Assembly: GCA_041490525.1 (NCBI GenBank)
Contig: JBGPTH010000002.1
Span: 67,214 to 131,213 of the forward strand
Length of the DNA: 64,000 nt
Reading direction: 5' to 3'
Source: Nitrospiria bacterium
GTDB taxonomy: Bacteria; Nitrospirota; Nitrospiria; Nitrospirales; NS-4
Shown: positions 27,159 to 34,660 of the stretch, piece by piece
Numbering within the stretch: position 1 is the stretch's first letter
Layout of the letters: each line of letters starts with the position of its first letter
Notes under the pieces: generated by a model
The model's database searches: none
Told to the model about the DNA's origin: nothing
The model's input: only the letters and a program-made list of their open reading frames with translations
Program-made: the position numbers and the translations under genes

Positions 27159-28171
27159 GCCGATTGTGCTCATTTTGTGCTCAACTCCACCTCACTCCAA
27201 CTCCTTCCAGCCTACTCCAGCCAAGTTGCCGTCCTGGCTGAACTCGTTGTTGGAATGAGGTGGAATGAGCCAGAGTTGGCTGGAGTTGGCCCGGTGAAAT
27301 GGTTTGCCAAGGCGAGCGTCGGGGATTCCTAAACCGTGTTTCCTTTCTCTGTTCGCATGGGCTTGCGTGACGTTTTGGACTCGCTGATTTCGTATCAGCG
27401 TCGCAGACAAAAAGGATAAGAAATCAAACAGTTGCGGAGCTCTACTACCACCCTGCTACCACTCTCGCCAAGGCTGCATTTTGGAGTACAGCGAGATCTT
27501 CCTCAATGGTCTCCATCCACTCTATTTCCTGACATAGCGCCTGGATCAGTTTAAGGGAGCAGGGCAGAAAGGCTAGTCCAACCATCGGGACCTTTCAAGC
27601 GTGGTCTTCAGAAGCCTTTGAGAGATGGATGAGGAAAGCGGGAAAACCCATCTGTTGCGAGAGGAAAACGGCTAGAGAAGCCGCACGTCGCTGGACCGCT
27701 TCAGGAGTAGAAAACCTGCCTTCTCGGTGGTTTAGCTTGCTGGCTTGCTGTTGTGGTCTGCCGTCGTTCCGGTTTCTGTCACGGTTGGAACAGAAGCCCA
27801 CTTTGCATCGTCACAAACCACTTCGTGTTGGCTGACAGCTTCACTTTTTAGAAGAGACCCGCTGTTAAGAGTTCGCAGTTGTCACTACGCAGCGCGTCTA
27901 GTTCTCAGCTATCTGAGAGAAGAAGGTCCCAACCGGACCCACCCGGATCACACCGCCGCCACGGGTTGGCTTTAGTCTGAGGCGAGTTTGATAGGGTGAC
28001 CTCGGGTGACTTCTTACGTGCATCAACTGCTGCGGACGCCGGTGGGAGGGCATCCGATTTGAGGGGATTGCCGACTTACCCGATATCCTGTATGGTGTTG
28101 TCAAGTGTGCCGTGGCGTCGAGCCCGGACAAGGGATGACCTTATTGCAAGGGCGACCGATCGAGCTGGGAT

Positions 28172-29296
28172 ATGAACTCGCCGGACCTTTCGTTCTCGAA
28201 ACTGGATTTTTCCTCCACCCCGTTTTTGGTGATCTGGGAACTGACCCAGGCATGCGACCTCGTGTGTCGGCACTGCCGGGCCTCTGCCATGCCCGAGCGG
28301 TGTCCGGAGGAGCTTACGACCGCCGAAGGACGTTGCCTGTTGGAAGAGGTTCAGGCGATGGGGACGCCCGTCGTGGTCTTGAGCGGAGGGGATCCCCTCA
28401 AGCGTCCGGATCTCCCCGAACTTATCCGGCACGGAGTCGATATCGGGCTCCGTATGGCCACCATCCCGGCGGCCACTGCCCGGATTACCCCGGAGCTGCT
28501 TGCCACGCTGAAAGCCGCCGGGCTGGCTCAGATCGCCTTCAGTTTGGACGCTTCCACTGAGGCCCTCCACGATGGTTTTCGGCAGGTTCCCGGTACCTAC
28601 CGGACCACCTTGCAAGCGATCGAGTGGGCCAAGCAGACCGGCCTGCCGGTGCAGATCAACACGACCTATTCAAGGTACAACCTTGCCGATGCCGAGCCGA
28701 TGATGGAGCTGGTGAGCCGCCTGGGTATCGTGTTCTGGGAAGTGTTCGTTCTCGTTCCGATCGGCCGCGGAAAGGAATTAGATGGGTTGACGGCAGGGGA
28801 ATGCGAAGACTTGCTCTTGAAGCTCTATAACTGTTCCACTCGGTCGCGCTTCCTCATTAAAGTCACTGAGGCGCCGCATTATCGCAGAATCATCCTCCAG
28901 CGTCGGGAGGCCTCATCCCAGGCTATGAACTTTCCCGCTGGTTCGATGATTCCTGCCCAGCTTGCCGGGGGCATGGCTGCCTCAAAGGCCTTCGGCCGGA
29001 AGGCGAAGGGCATTAATGCGGCCAAGGGTTTCTGCTTCGTTTCGCACACCGGCGAGGTCTATCCGAGCGGCTTCCTCCCGATCTCCGTCGGGAACGTCCG
29101 ATCTTCCTCTTTGGCCTCTCTCTACAGGAATAGCCCGTTGTTTCGGGTTCTTCGCGATCCCGACCAGTTACGGGGACGATGCGGGCGCTGTGAGTTTCGG
29201 GAGGTTTGCGGAGGGTCGCGGTCGCGGTCGTATGCGCTCACGGGCGATGTGCTGGCGGAGGACCCTGCCTGCATTTACAATCCTAAAGCCCCTTAG
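28172..29296 (+). CDS. radical SAM/SPASM-domain protein (AhbD/NirJ/peptide-maturase-like)
   Basis: 374 aa with the radical SAM motif CDLVCRHC. The C-terminus is Cys-rich (CGRCEFREVCGGSRSRSY...DPAC), consistent with auxiliary clusters. Confidence 0.8.
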   Translation: MNSPDLSFSKLDFSSTPFLVIWELTQACDLVCRHCRASAMPERCPEELTTAEGRCLLEEVQAMGTPVVVLSGGDPLKRPDLPELIRHGVDIGLRMATIPAATARITPELLATLKAAGLAQIAFSLDASTEALHDGFRQVPGTYRTTLQAIEWAKQTGLPVQINTTYSRYNLADAEPMMELVSRLGIVFWEVFVLVPIGRGKELDGLTAGECEDLLLKLYNCSTRSRFLIKVTEAPHYRRIILQRREASSQAMNFPAGSMIPAQLAGGMAASKAFGRKAKGINAAKGFCFVSHTGEVYPSGFLPISVGNVRSSSLASLYRNSPLFRVLRDPDQLRGRCGRCEFREVCGGSRSRSYALTGDVLAEDPACIYNPKAP

Positions 29297-29350
29297 CCTT
29301 CAGGCCGTGCTTTTTGAGCAGACGGTCAACGGTTTTTCGGTTCACACCGG

Positions 29351-29587
29351 TGTTGTGCCCCAATTAGAATTTGGACAGGGAAAGTGAGTCGGAGGGTTGA
29401 TGAAAACGGGCGTGAAACCTCCCCAGAACGATCATAATGGGAAACGGCAGTGGACTTCCGAACAGAAGATCGGCGGTGGTGTCCACATGCACCTTTGGAA
29501 GCGGAGCCTCGAACACCGCGAATTCTTTTCAGAATGGATGGTCAAAAACGAGAAACGACCTGTCCAAATATTAAGTGGGGCAGTACA
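29351..29587 (+). mobile_element. 237-bp internally deleted IS3-family (IS150-like ends) relic
   Basis: The terminal inverted repeats TGTTGTGCCCCAATTAGAATTTGGACAGG (left) and the rc of the right end TGTACTGCCCCACTTAATATTTGGACAGG match at 24 of 29 positions, with TG...CA termini. The left repeat is followed by an RBS and ATG, then a short orfA-like N-terminus (..GKRQWTSEQKI..) that runs into the right repeat. Confidence 0.55.
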
Positions 29588-29594
29588 GTTTTGG

Positions 29595-29642
29595 TTCTCG
29601 GGACCTCGAATCACAAGGTTCGCAAATTGTACGGTTTGGGGA
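29595..29642 (+). repeat. 48-nt tRNA-like repeat, copy C
   Basis: ttctcgggacctcgaatcacaaggttcgcaaattgtacggtttgggga, followed by gccacca. Confidence 0.75.
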
Positions 29643-30002
29643 GCCACCACAATTGCGTAAAGGAATTGGCAGCTTAGTCCATTACCCGGTTCGACAATTT
29701 CGAACCCTCTTCCCTTGCCCCAATTTAGGTGGGTCAGTACAACATCCTTTACTTGTGGCATTGTGCACCATTGCAGCATTGGATTACTGTGGACCATCGC
29801 AACTCACCCGGCAACAACTTGCAACGTAATTCTTCTTTAATCGCCCCCTTGCCGCCCAGCATACAAATTGCTTAATAACTAAAGAGAGTCCTTGTAACCG
29901 TCTTCTACCCCACAGCATGGATGTGGGGTAATCTAAGGTACAGGGAGTCGGCCGAAGAGGCCTTGGAGATGAGGTGGTGAGGCGGGCAAGGAAGGTCTTT
30001 CC

Positions 30003-30431
30003 ATGAGCGCACGCAAGCATTTTGACACAATGACGGTAGCGACATTCATGGAAAAGGATGTTCAATGTGGCTTCCGGAGCACTAAGGCTGACGTGCTGGC
30101 CTCGCAAATGATTGAAGGTTTCGGCGGTGTGCCGATTGTGGATGATGATAGGCGACTGGTCGGAATCGTCACGGAGTTTGATCTCTTGGATGCGCTGGGC
30201 TGCGGCTTATTGTTAAGTGAGTTGACGGCCCAACAAATTATGACCGGCTTTCCAATCAGTGCCAGGAAAGACATGGATGCTCAGAGGTTGATTCATCTCT
30301 TAAAGACGAACCATTTGATTCGGGTGCCTGTGGTTGATCAGGAAGACAGGCTTATCGGCGTCGTAGCACGTCGGGACATTCTCCGGAGTTACCTTGCCAC
30401 GCCTGAGAGAACGGGGAAGGAGGATTGGTAG
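30003..30431 (+). CDS. CBS domain pair protein
   Basis: 142 aa with two CBS-like repeats (...VPIVDDDRRLVGIVTEFDLL... and ...IRVPVVDQEDRLIGVVARRDIL...). Confidence 0.75.
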   Translation: MSARKHFDTMTVATFMEKDVQCGFRSTKADVLASQMIEGFGGVPIVDDDRRLVGIVTEFDLLDALGCGLLLSELTAQQIMTGFPISARKDMDAQRLIHLLKTNHLIRVPVVDQEDRLIGVVARRDILRSYLATPERTGKEDW

Positions 30432-30460
30432 TATGGCTCGTATCCGAAAAGGAGGACACC

Positions 30461-30664
30461 ATGTCTGTTGCCAGAGTGACCGAGATAATCGCTGCATCCC
30501 CGAAGGGTTTTGAGGATGCCCTACAAGTTGGTGTCGCACGCGCCAACAAGACCTTGCAAAACGTGAAGAGCGCCTGGGTTGAGGATCAAAAGGTTATCAT
30601 CGAGAATGGAAAAATCACGGAATACCGAGTTGCGCTGAAAGTCACTTTTGTTCTCAAGGAGTAG
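30461..30664 (+). CDS. dodecin family (flavin-binding) protein
   Basis: 67 aa with the RBS aaaggagg 5 nt upstream. The sequence MSVARVTEIIAASPKGFEDA...EYRVALKVTF matches the dodecin pattern. Confidence 0.7.
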   Translation: MSVARVTEIIAASPKGFEDALQVGVARANKTLQNVKSAWVEDQKVIIENGKITEYRVALKVTFVLKE

Positions 30665-30806
30665 TGCAGGCCGCCTACGACAGTCGCTGCCACTTATCAG
30701 GCGTGCTGCACAGGACCAGCAGGGATATTCTTGGCAAACGGTGGGACTTCTTGTAAGGTGTAACATCGGCTGATAGCTGTCTTCAACCGAGAACGCGAGG
30801 TGCGGA

Positions 30807-31046
30807 ATGACGAGGAAACCGACTAAGTTGAAGCAGGCAAGCGCTCCTTCAACAGTTAGTCGCGAGAAAGTGGCGAAACTTGCTTACGAAATGTGGTTGA
30901 CCAGGAAAGCCGAACATGGCCACGAGGTGGAGGATTGGCTGGCAGCGGAACGACTCCTGATAGAAGAATTGCAACGTCGAGGAAGCCAGGGGCGGTCAGA
31001 CGACAAGACAATGGAGGGGAAACGGCGCATTACAAAGAGGAGATAG
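30807..31046 (+). CDS. DUF2934-like small protein
   Basis: 79 aa. The segment AYEMWLTRKAEHGHEVEDWLAAE matches the DUF2934 signature as I recall it. Confidence 0.55.
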   Translation: MTRKPTKLKQASAPSTVSREKVAKLAYEMWLTRKAEHGHEVEDWLAAERLLIEELQRRGSQGRSDDKTMEGKRRITKRR

Positions 31047-31108
31047 CCGCAGGAGGATGACCGGCATAGGACCATTCCCCGTTAACCGGGGCAGGTCCCA
31101 AATTGCGC

Positions 31109-31156
31109 TCCTTGGTAGCTCAAACCGGATGGTTCGCAAATCGTACGGTTCGGGGA
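31109..31156 (+). repeat. 48-nt tRNA-like repeat, copy D
   Basis: tccttggtagctcaaaccggatggttcgcaaatcgtacggttcgggga. Its 5' part, ggtagctca, equals the D-arm start of tRNA-Asn. The ends form 7 bp when G-U pairs are counted. Confidence 0.75.
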
Positions 31157-31214
31157 TGCGGTCGCCGTTGCCGCGTTTCATAGCATTCAGCTAGAAGCAG
31201 TTTCATCTCATTCA

Positions 31215-31280
31215 GTGTTGTGCCCCAGTTAAGATTTGGACAGGCCGTTTCTCATATTTTGACCATCCATTCTTCTTTCC
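31215..31280 (-). mobile_element. truncated end of a second copy of the same IS3-family element (inverted orientation)
   Basis: gtgttgtgccccagttaagatttggacagg plus the next roughly 35 nt (ccgtttctcatattttgaccatccattct) are the reverse complement of the interior and right end of the 29351-29587 relic. Confidence 0.5.
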
Positions 31281-31299
31281 GGCAGCTGAGGACTGCAAG

Positions 31300-31367
31300 T
31301 GACCTGCCCCCTTCCAACTGGTCCAGATCGTATGTTAGATCTGGGCCGGCTGGAAGGGGGCAGGTCA
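31300..31367. repeat. 68-bp near-perfect palindrome made of two abutted IS3-type terminal repeats
   Basis: The left arm is tgacctgcccccttccaactggtccagatc, followed by an 8-nt loop (gtatgtta). The right arm is gatctgggccggctggaagggggcaggtca. The arms match at 26 of 30 positions. The outer ends TGACCTGCCCCC resemble IS3/IS407-group termini. Confidence 0.7.
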
Positions 31368-31403
31368 GGATGATGATGGATCTGACCGTGCAATGACAAC
31401 GTT

Positions 31404-33098
31404 ATGGCACTAAGTCCTTTAGCAGGAAAGCCGGCCGACCTCTCGATGCTGGTGAACGTGCCCAGACTCGTCACGGCCTATTATACCGAGACGCCTGACC
31501 CTTCAGTGCCGGCCCAGCGGGTGGCGTTCGGCACCTCGGGACATCGTGGTTCCGCATTCGACAAGGCGTTCAATGAACGGCATATTCTGGCCATCAGTCA
31601 AGCCATCTGCCAGTACCGCGAGCAGCAGGGTATCGATGGCCCACTGTTTCTGGGTATCGACACGCATGCGCTTTCCGTGCCGGCCTGCGCGAGTGCGCTG
31701 GAGGTGCTGGCGGCCAATGAGGTGGACGTCATGATCGCGGAGGGGGATGAATATACGCCAACCCCTGCCGTGTCCCACGCGATTCTCACATACAACCGCG
31801 GACGCACGACTGGACTTGCTGATGGCATCGTCATTACGCCCTCGCATAATCCGCCCCATGATGGCGGCTTCAAATACAATCCCCCACACGGCGGGCCCGC
31901 TGAGAGCAGCGTGACAGGCTGGATCGAGGCGAGAGCGAACGAGTTCCTCGATGCTGGGCTGCGGAATGTGAAACGGATTTCTTTCGAGAAAGCTCTTCGC
32001 GCCTCCACGACCCACCGGCACAATTATCTCACCGCTTACGTGAGCGATCTTGCCGGCGTCATCGATATGGATGCGATTCGCGGCGCGAACATCAGTATGG
32101 GCGTGGATCCGCTTGGTGGCGCCGGAGTTCACTATTGGGGCCCGATCGCCGAGCGTTATGGGTTGAAGCTCACGGTCGTCAACGAGGTCGTCGATCCGAC
32201 CTTCCGGTTCATGACGGTGGATTGGGACGGCCAGATCCGCATGGATCCGTCCTCGCCCTATGCGATGCAGAGGCTGATCGGGCTTAAAGACAGCTTCGAG
32301 ATCGCCTTCGCCTGCGACACCGACCATGACCGTCACGGGATTGTCACTAGGAGCGCGGGGTTGCTTCCGCCCAATCACTACCTTTCGGTGGCCATCTTCT
32401 ATCTCTTCCAACACCGGCCGAAGTGGCGCAGGGAAGCGGCGGTGGGTAAAACGTTGGTGAGCAGCCAGATGATTGATCGCGTCACCGCGAAGCTTGGACG
32501 GAAGCTCTACGAGGTGCCGGTCGGCTTCAAGTGGTTCGTTGATGGCCTGCTCGACGGCTCGTTGGGCTTCGGCGGCGAAGAGAGCGCGGGCGCGTCCTTC
32601 CTCCGTCAGGATGGCAGCGTCTGGACGACGGACAAAGATGGAATCATCCCGGCTCTGCTTGCGGCGGAGATCACGGCGCGGATGGGCCGCGATCCTGGGG
32701 AGATCTACCTCGAACTCACGCGGGAGGCCGGTGAGCCTGTGTACGAACGGGTTGATGCGCCTGCCACCCCGGAGCAAAAAGAGATGCTGGCAAGGCTCTC
32801 GCCACAGCAGGTCCGGCTCACAGACCTGGCCGGCGAAAAAATCCAGACCATCCTCACCCACGCGCCGGGCAACGGCGCTCCCATCGGCGGGATCAAGGTG
32901 ATCACGAAAAGTGGATGGTTCGCGGCGCGTCCGTCCGGGACCGAGAATATCTACAAGATTTATGCGGAGAGCTTCCGGGGAGCGGATCATCTGCGCCGCA
33001 TCCTGGAGGAAGCCCAGACGATCGTCGGCGATGCTTTGGCGGCGTCCCCGCAGCAGCCAGGGATTCCGGCCGAGCCAAAACTGAAGGAAAATCTATGA
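31404..33098 (+). CDS. pgm: phosphoglucomutase, alpha-D-glucose phosphate-specific
   Basis: 564 aa with the phosphoserine loop GTSGHRGS. It is collinear with E. coli-type Pgm from the N-terminus (LAGKPA...[10 protein letters not shown]). Confidence 0.9.
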   Translation: MALSPLAGKPADLSMLVNVPRLVTAYYTETPDPSVPAQRVAFGTSGHRGSAFDKAFNERHILAISQAICQYREQQGIDGPLFLGIDTHALSVPACASALEVLAANEVDVMIAEGDEYTPTPAVSHAILTYNRGRTTGLADGIVITPSHNPPHDGGFKYNPPHGGPAESSVTGWIEARANEFLDAGLRNVKRISFEKALRASTTHRHNYLTAYVSDLAGVIDMDAIRGANISMGVDPLGGAGVHYWGPIAERYGLKLTVVNEVVDPTFRFMTVDWDGQIRMDPSSPYAMQRLIGLKDSFEIAFACDTDHDRHGIVTRSAGLLPPNHYLSVAIFYLFQHRPKWRREAAVGKTLVSSQMIDRVTAKLGRKLYEVPVGFKWFVDGLLDGSLGFGGEESAGASFLRQDGSVWTTDKDGIIPALLAAEITARMGRDPGEIYLELTREAGEPVYERVDAPATPEQKEMLARLSPQQVRLTDLAGEKIQTILTHAPGNGAPIGGIKVITKSGWFAARPSGTENIYKIYAESFRGADHLRRILEEAQTIVGDALAASPQQPGIPAEPKLKENL

Positions 33099-33130
33099 GC
33101 AAACTAACACGTGTCAGCCACCCGATATAC

Positions 33131-34088
33131 TGGGCTGCTGCCGGTTTCAAAGACACCGAGTTAGGTGTATTGATGGAACCGGAGGTGGCTTATGGAGCGA
33201 CGACAGTTTACGCGGGAGTTCAAGCTTGAGGCGGTGAAGCTAATCACGGAACGCGGGGTGACGGTGGTGCAAGCCTCGCGCGATTTGGGCGTACATGGGA
33301 CGGTGCTGCGCAAATGGGTGAAGGAGTGTACGGCCGATCCGCAGCAGGCCTTTCCGGGCCAGGGGCAGATGAAGCCCGAACAGTTGGAGCTCGCGCGGCT
33401 ACGCCGTGAAGTCCTCAAGCTGAAGGCGGAGCGCGACATCTTAAAAAAAGCCGCGGCGCACGCAGGGGCTCGAAGCCACGCGGCGGCGGCGCTTCCGGGT
33501 CATGACGGAACACCATCAGCTGCCCCCGCCCGCGCCGAATCTGCTGCACCAGCACTTTGCCGTGCCCGCGCCGCATTACGTGTGGGTGGGCGATATCACG
33601 GGGATTCCCTCCCGCGCCGGGTGGCTGTATCTGGCCGTGCTCCTGGATCTCTATTCGCGACGCGTCATTGGGTGGGCCATGCAGGCCCGCCCGGATCAGA
33701 CGCTCACGCAGACCGCCTTGACGATGGCGCTCACCCGAGTGGCGCGCACCCGGGCCTGATCCATCACACGGACCAAGGGGCCCCGTATGCGGCGACGGCC
33801 TATCGCCACGTGCTGGCGCAGCATGGGCTGGTGCCCAGCATGAGTCGCCGCGGCAATTGCTACGACAATGCCGTGGCGGAGAGCTTCTTTAGTACGTTGA
33901 AAAACGAGCTGGTCCATGATCGCGACTTCCGCACTCGGGAAGAGGTGCAGAGCGCGATCTTTGAGTTTATTGAGGTCTTTTATAACCGCCAGCGGATTCA
34001 CCAAGCCCTCGGCTATGTGAGTCCCGTGCAATTTGAGACCGGTCAGCATGTGCCTTAACTACGTGTCCGTGAAATCCGGGATAGCTCA
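33131..34088 (+). mobile_element. degenerate IS3-family insertion sequence (internal deletion plus frameshift)
   Basis: Imperfect ~40-bp terminal inverted repeats start with TG (tgggctgctgccggtttcaaagacaccgagttagg versus the rc of the right end tgagctatcccggatttcacggacacgtagttaag). The orfA is intact through the A7G slippery site (33443-50). The DDE region is present but broken. At 958 bp the element is shorter than typical IS3 members. Confidence 0.8.
33192..34058 (+). pseudogene. IS3-family transposase OrfAB remnant
   Basis: OrfA is MERRQFTREFKLEAVKL...ILKKAAA. The -1 frame continues ...GLEATRRRRFRVMTEHH..APNLL..WVGDITGI..GWLYLAVLLDLYSRRVIGW. The usual 80-100 aa (HTH_21 region) between these parts is missing. 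A further frame change near 33745-33760 precedes IHHTDQGAPY...GNCYDNAVAESFF. Confidence 0.8.
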
Positions 34089-34123
34089 GGCACTGTTTTC
34101 CCAATATGACTAGGCTGTTTTTG

Positions 34124-34171
34124 TTCTCGGGAACTTGAATCGCAGGGTTCGCAAAGGGTCCAGATCGGGGA
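34124..34171 (+). repeat. 48-nt tRNA-like repeat, copy E
   Basis: ttctcgggaacttgaatcgcagggttcgcaaagggtccagatcgggga. Confidence 0.75.
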
Positions 34172-34227
34172 ATTCTTAAACTGGTGTTTCATAAACATTG
34201 TAAGATTGTCTTCCTGGGGCGGGTAAA

Positions 34228-34578
34228 ATGTTAGCGGACAAAATCTACCCCTTCTTTATTGGGACTTGGCTGGTTCTCGCGGTTGCCTCGTGGTTGTTCT
34301 ATCGCTATGCCAGTTTTGCTTTCCGCCGAAGGTGGCATGGCTATTGGGTTGGAGGGTCGGTGGGGATCGTTGGTATCTTCTTTTTGGCCATGACTGCTGA
34401 CTGGCCGACCTTTCCTTTTGTGCTTTTCTTTATACTCCCTTTGATGGCCTGGATGGTATGGCTAAGCTATCGAAAGACTCGATTTTGCCTAAGCTGTGAA
34501 GCAATGTTATCGTATCAACCTTTCCGGGTACCCCCAGATTATTGTCCGAAGTGTGGGGCACCAACCGCCAGGGTGTAA
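34228..34578 (+). CDS. small membrane protein with C-terminal zinc-ribbon, hypothetical
   Basis: 116 aa and AT-rich. It has three hydrophobic helices, then CLSC...CPKC. Confidence 0.45.
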   Translation: MLADKIYPFFIGTWLVLAVASWLFYRYASFAFRRRWHGYWVGGSVGIVGIFFLAMTADWPTFPFVLFFILPLMAWMVWLSYRKTRFCLSCEAMLSYQPFRVPPDYCPKCGAPTARV

Positions 34579-34587
34579 ACTTCCCTT

Positions 34588-34635
34588 GTCCGGGGAACTG
34601 GAAGCGTAGAGTTCGCAAAGGGTCCAGATCGGGGA
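34588..34635 (+). repeat. 48-nt tRNA-like repeat, copy F
   Basis: gtccggggaactggaagcgtagagttcgcaaagggtccagatcgggga. It sits 9 nt after the preceding stop and 25 nt before the next ATG. Confidence 0.7.
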
Positions 34636-34660
34636 GTGAGCCTAGTCTGAGGGAGTCCAT

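Noticed and set aside
27445-27585. A 46-aa minus-strand ORF (MVGLAFLPCSLKLIQALCQEIEWMETIEEDLAVLQNAALARVVAGW) with protein-like composition in the gene-less kilobase.
   Set aside because: It is too short, has no RBS or recognisable family, and sits in DNA that otherwise looks decayed. It cannot be supported without a database hit.
29397-29660. The 87-aa ORF downstream of the radical SAM/SPASM gene as a possible RiPP precursor.
   Set aside because: It begins just inside the left terminal repeat of the IS relic with a transposase-like N-terminus. It then reads through the right terminal repeat and into repeat copy C, so it is an artefact of IS decay.
33192-34058. The 288-aa ORF read as an intact transposase.
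   Set aside because: The middle third (HAGARSHAAAALPGHDG...RLDDGAHPSGAHPG) is out-of-frame read-through. The real OrfB segments lie in two other frame relationships, so it was called a pseudogene.
26469-34660. Classical integron (IntI + attI + attC cassette array) as the explanation for the cassette chain.
   Set aside because: No IntI-type integrase or attI lies at either end. The repeats lack the RYYYAAC/GTTRRRY core pairs of attC sites. Some blocks contain several genes or IS elements. The idea is kept only as an analogy.
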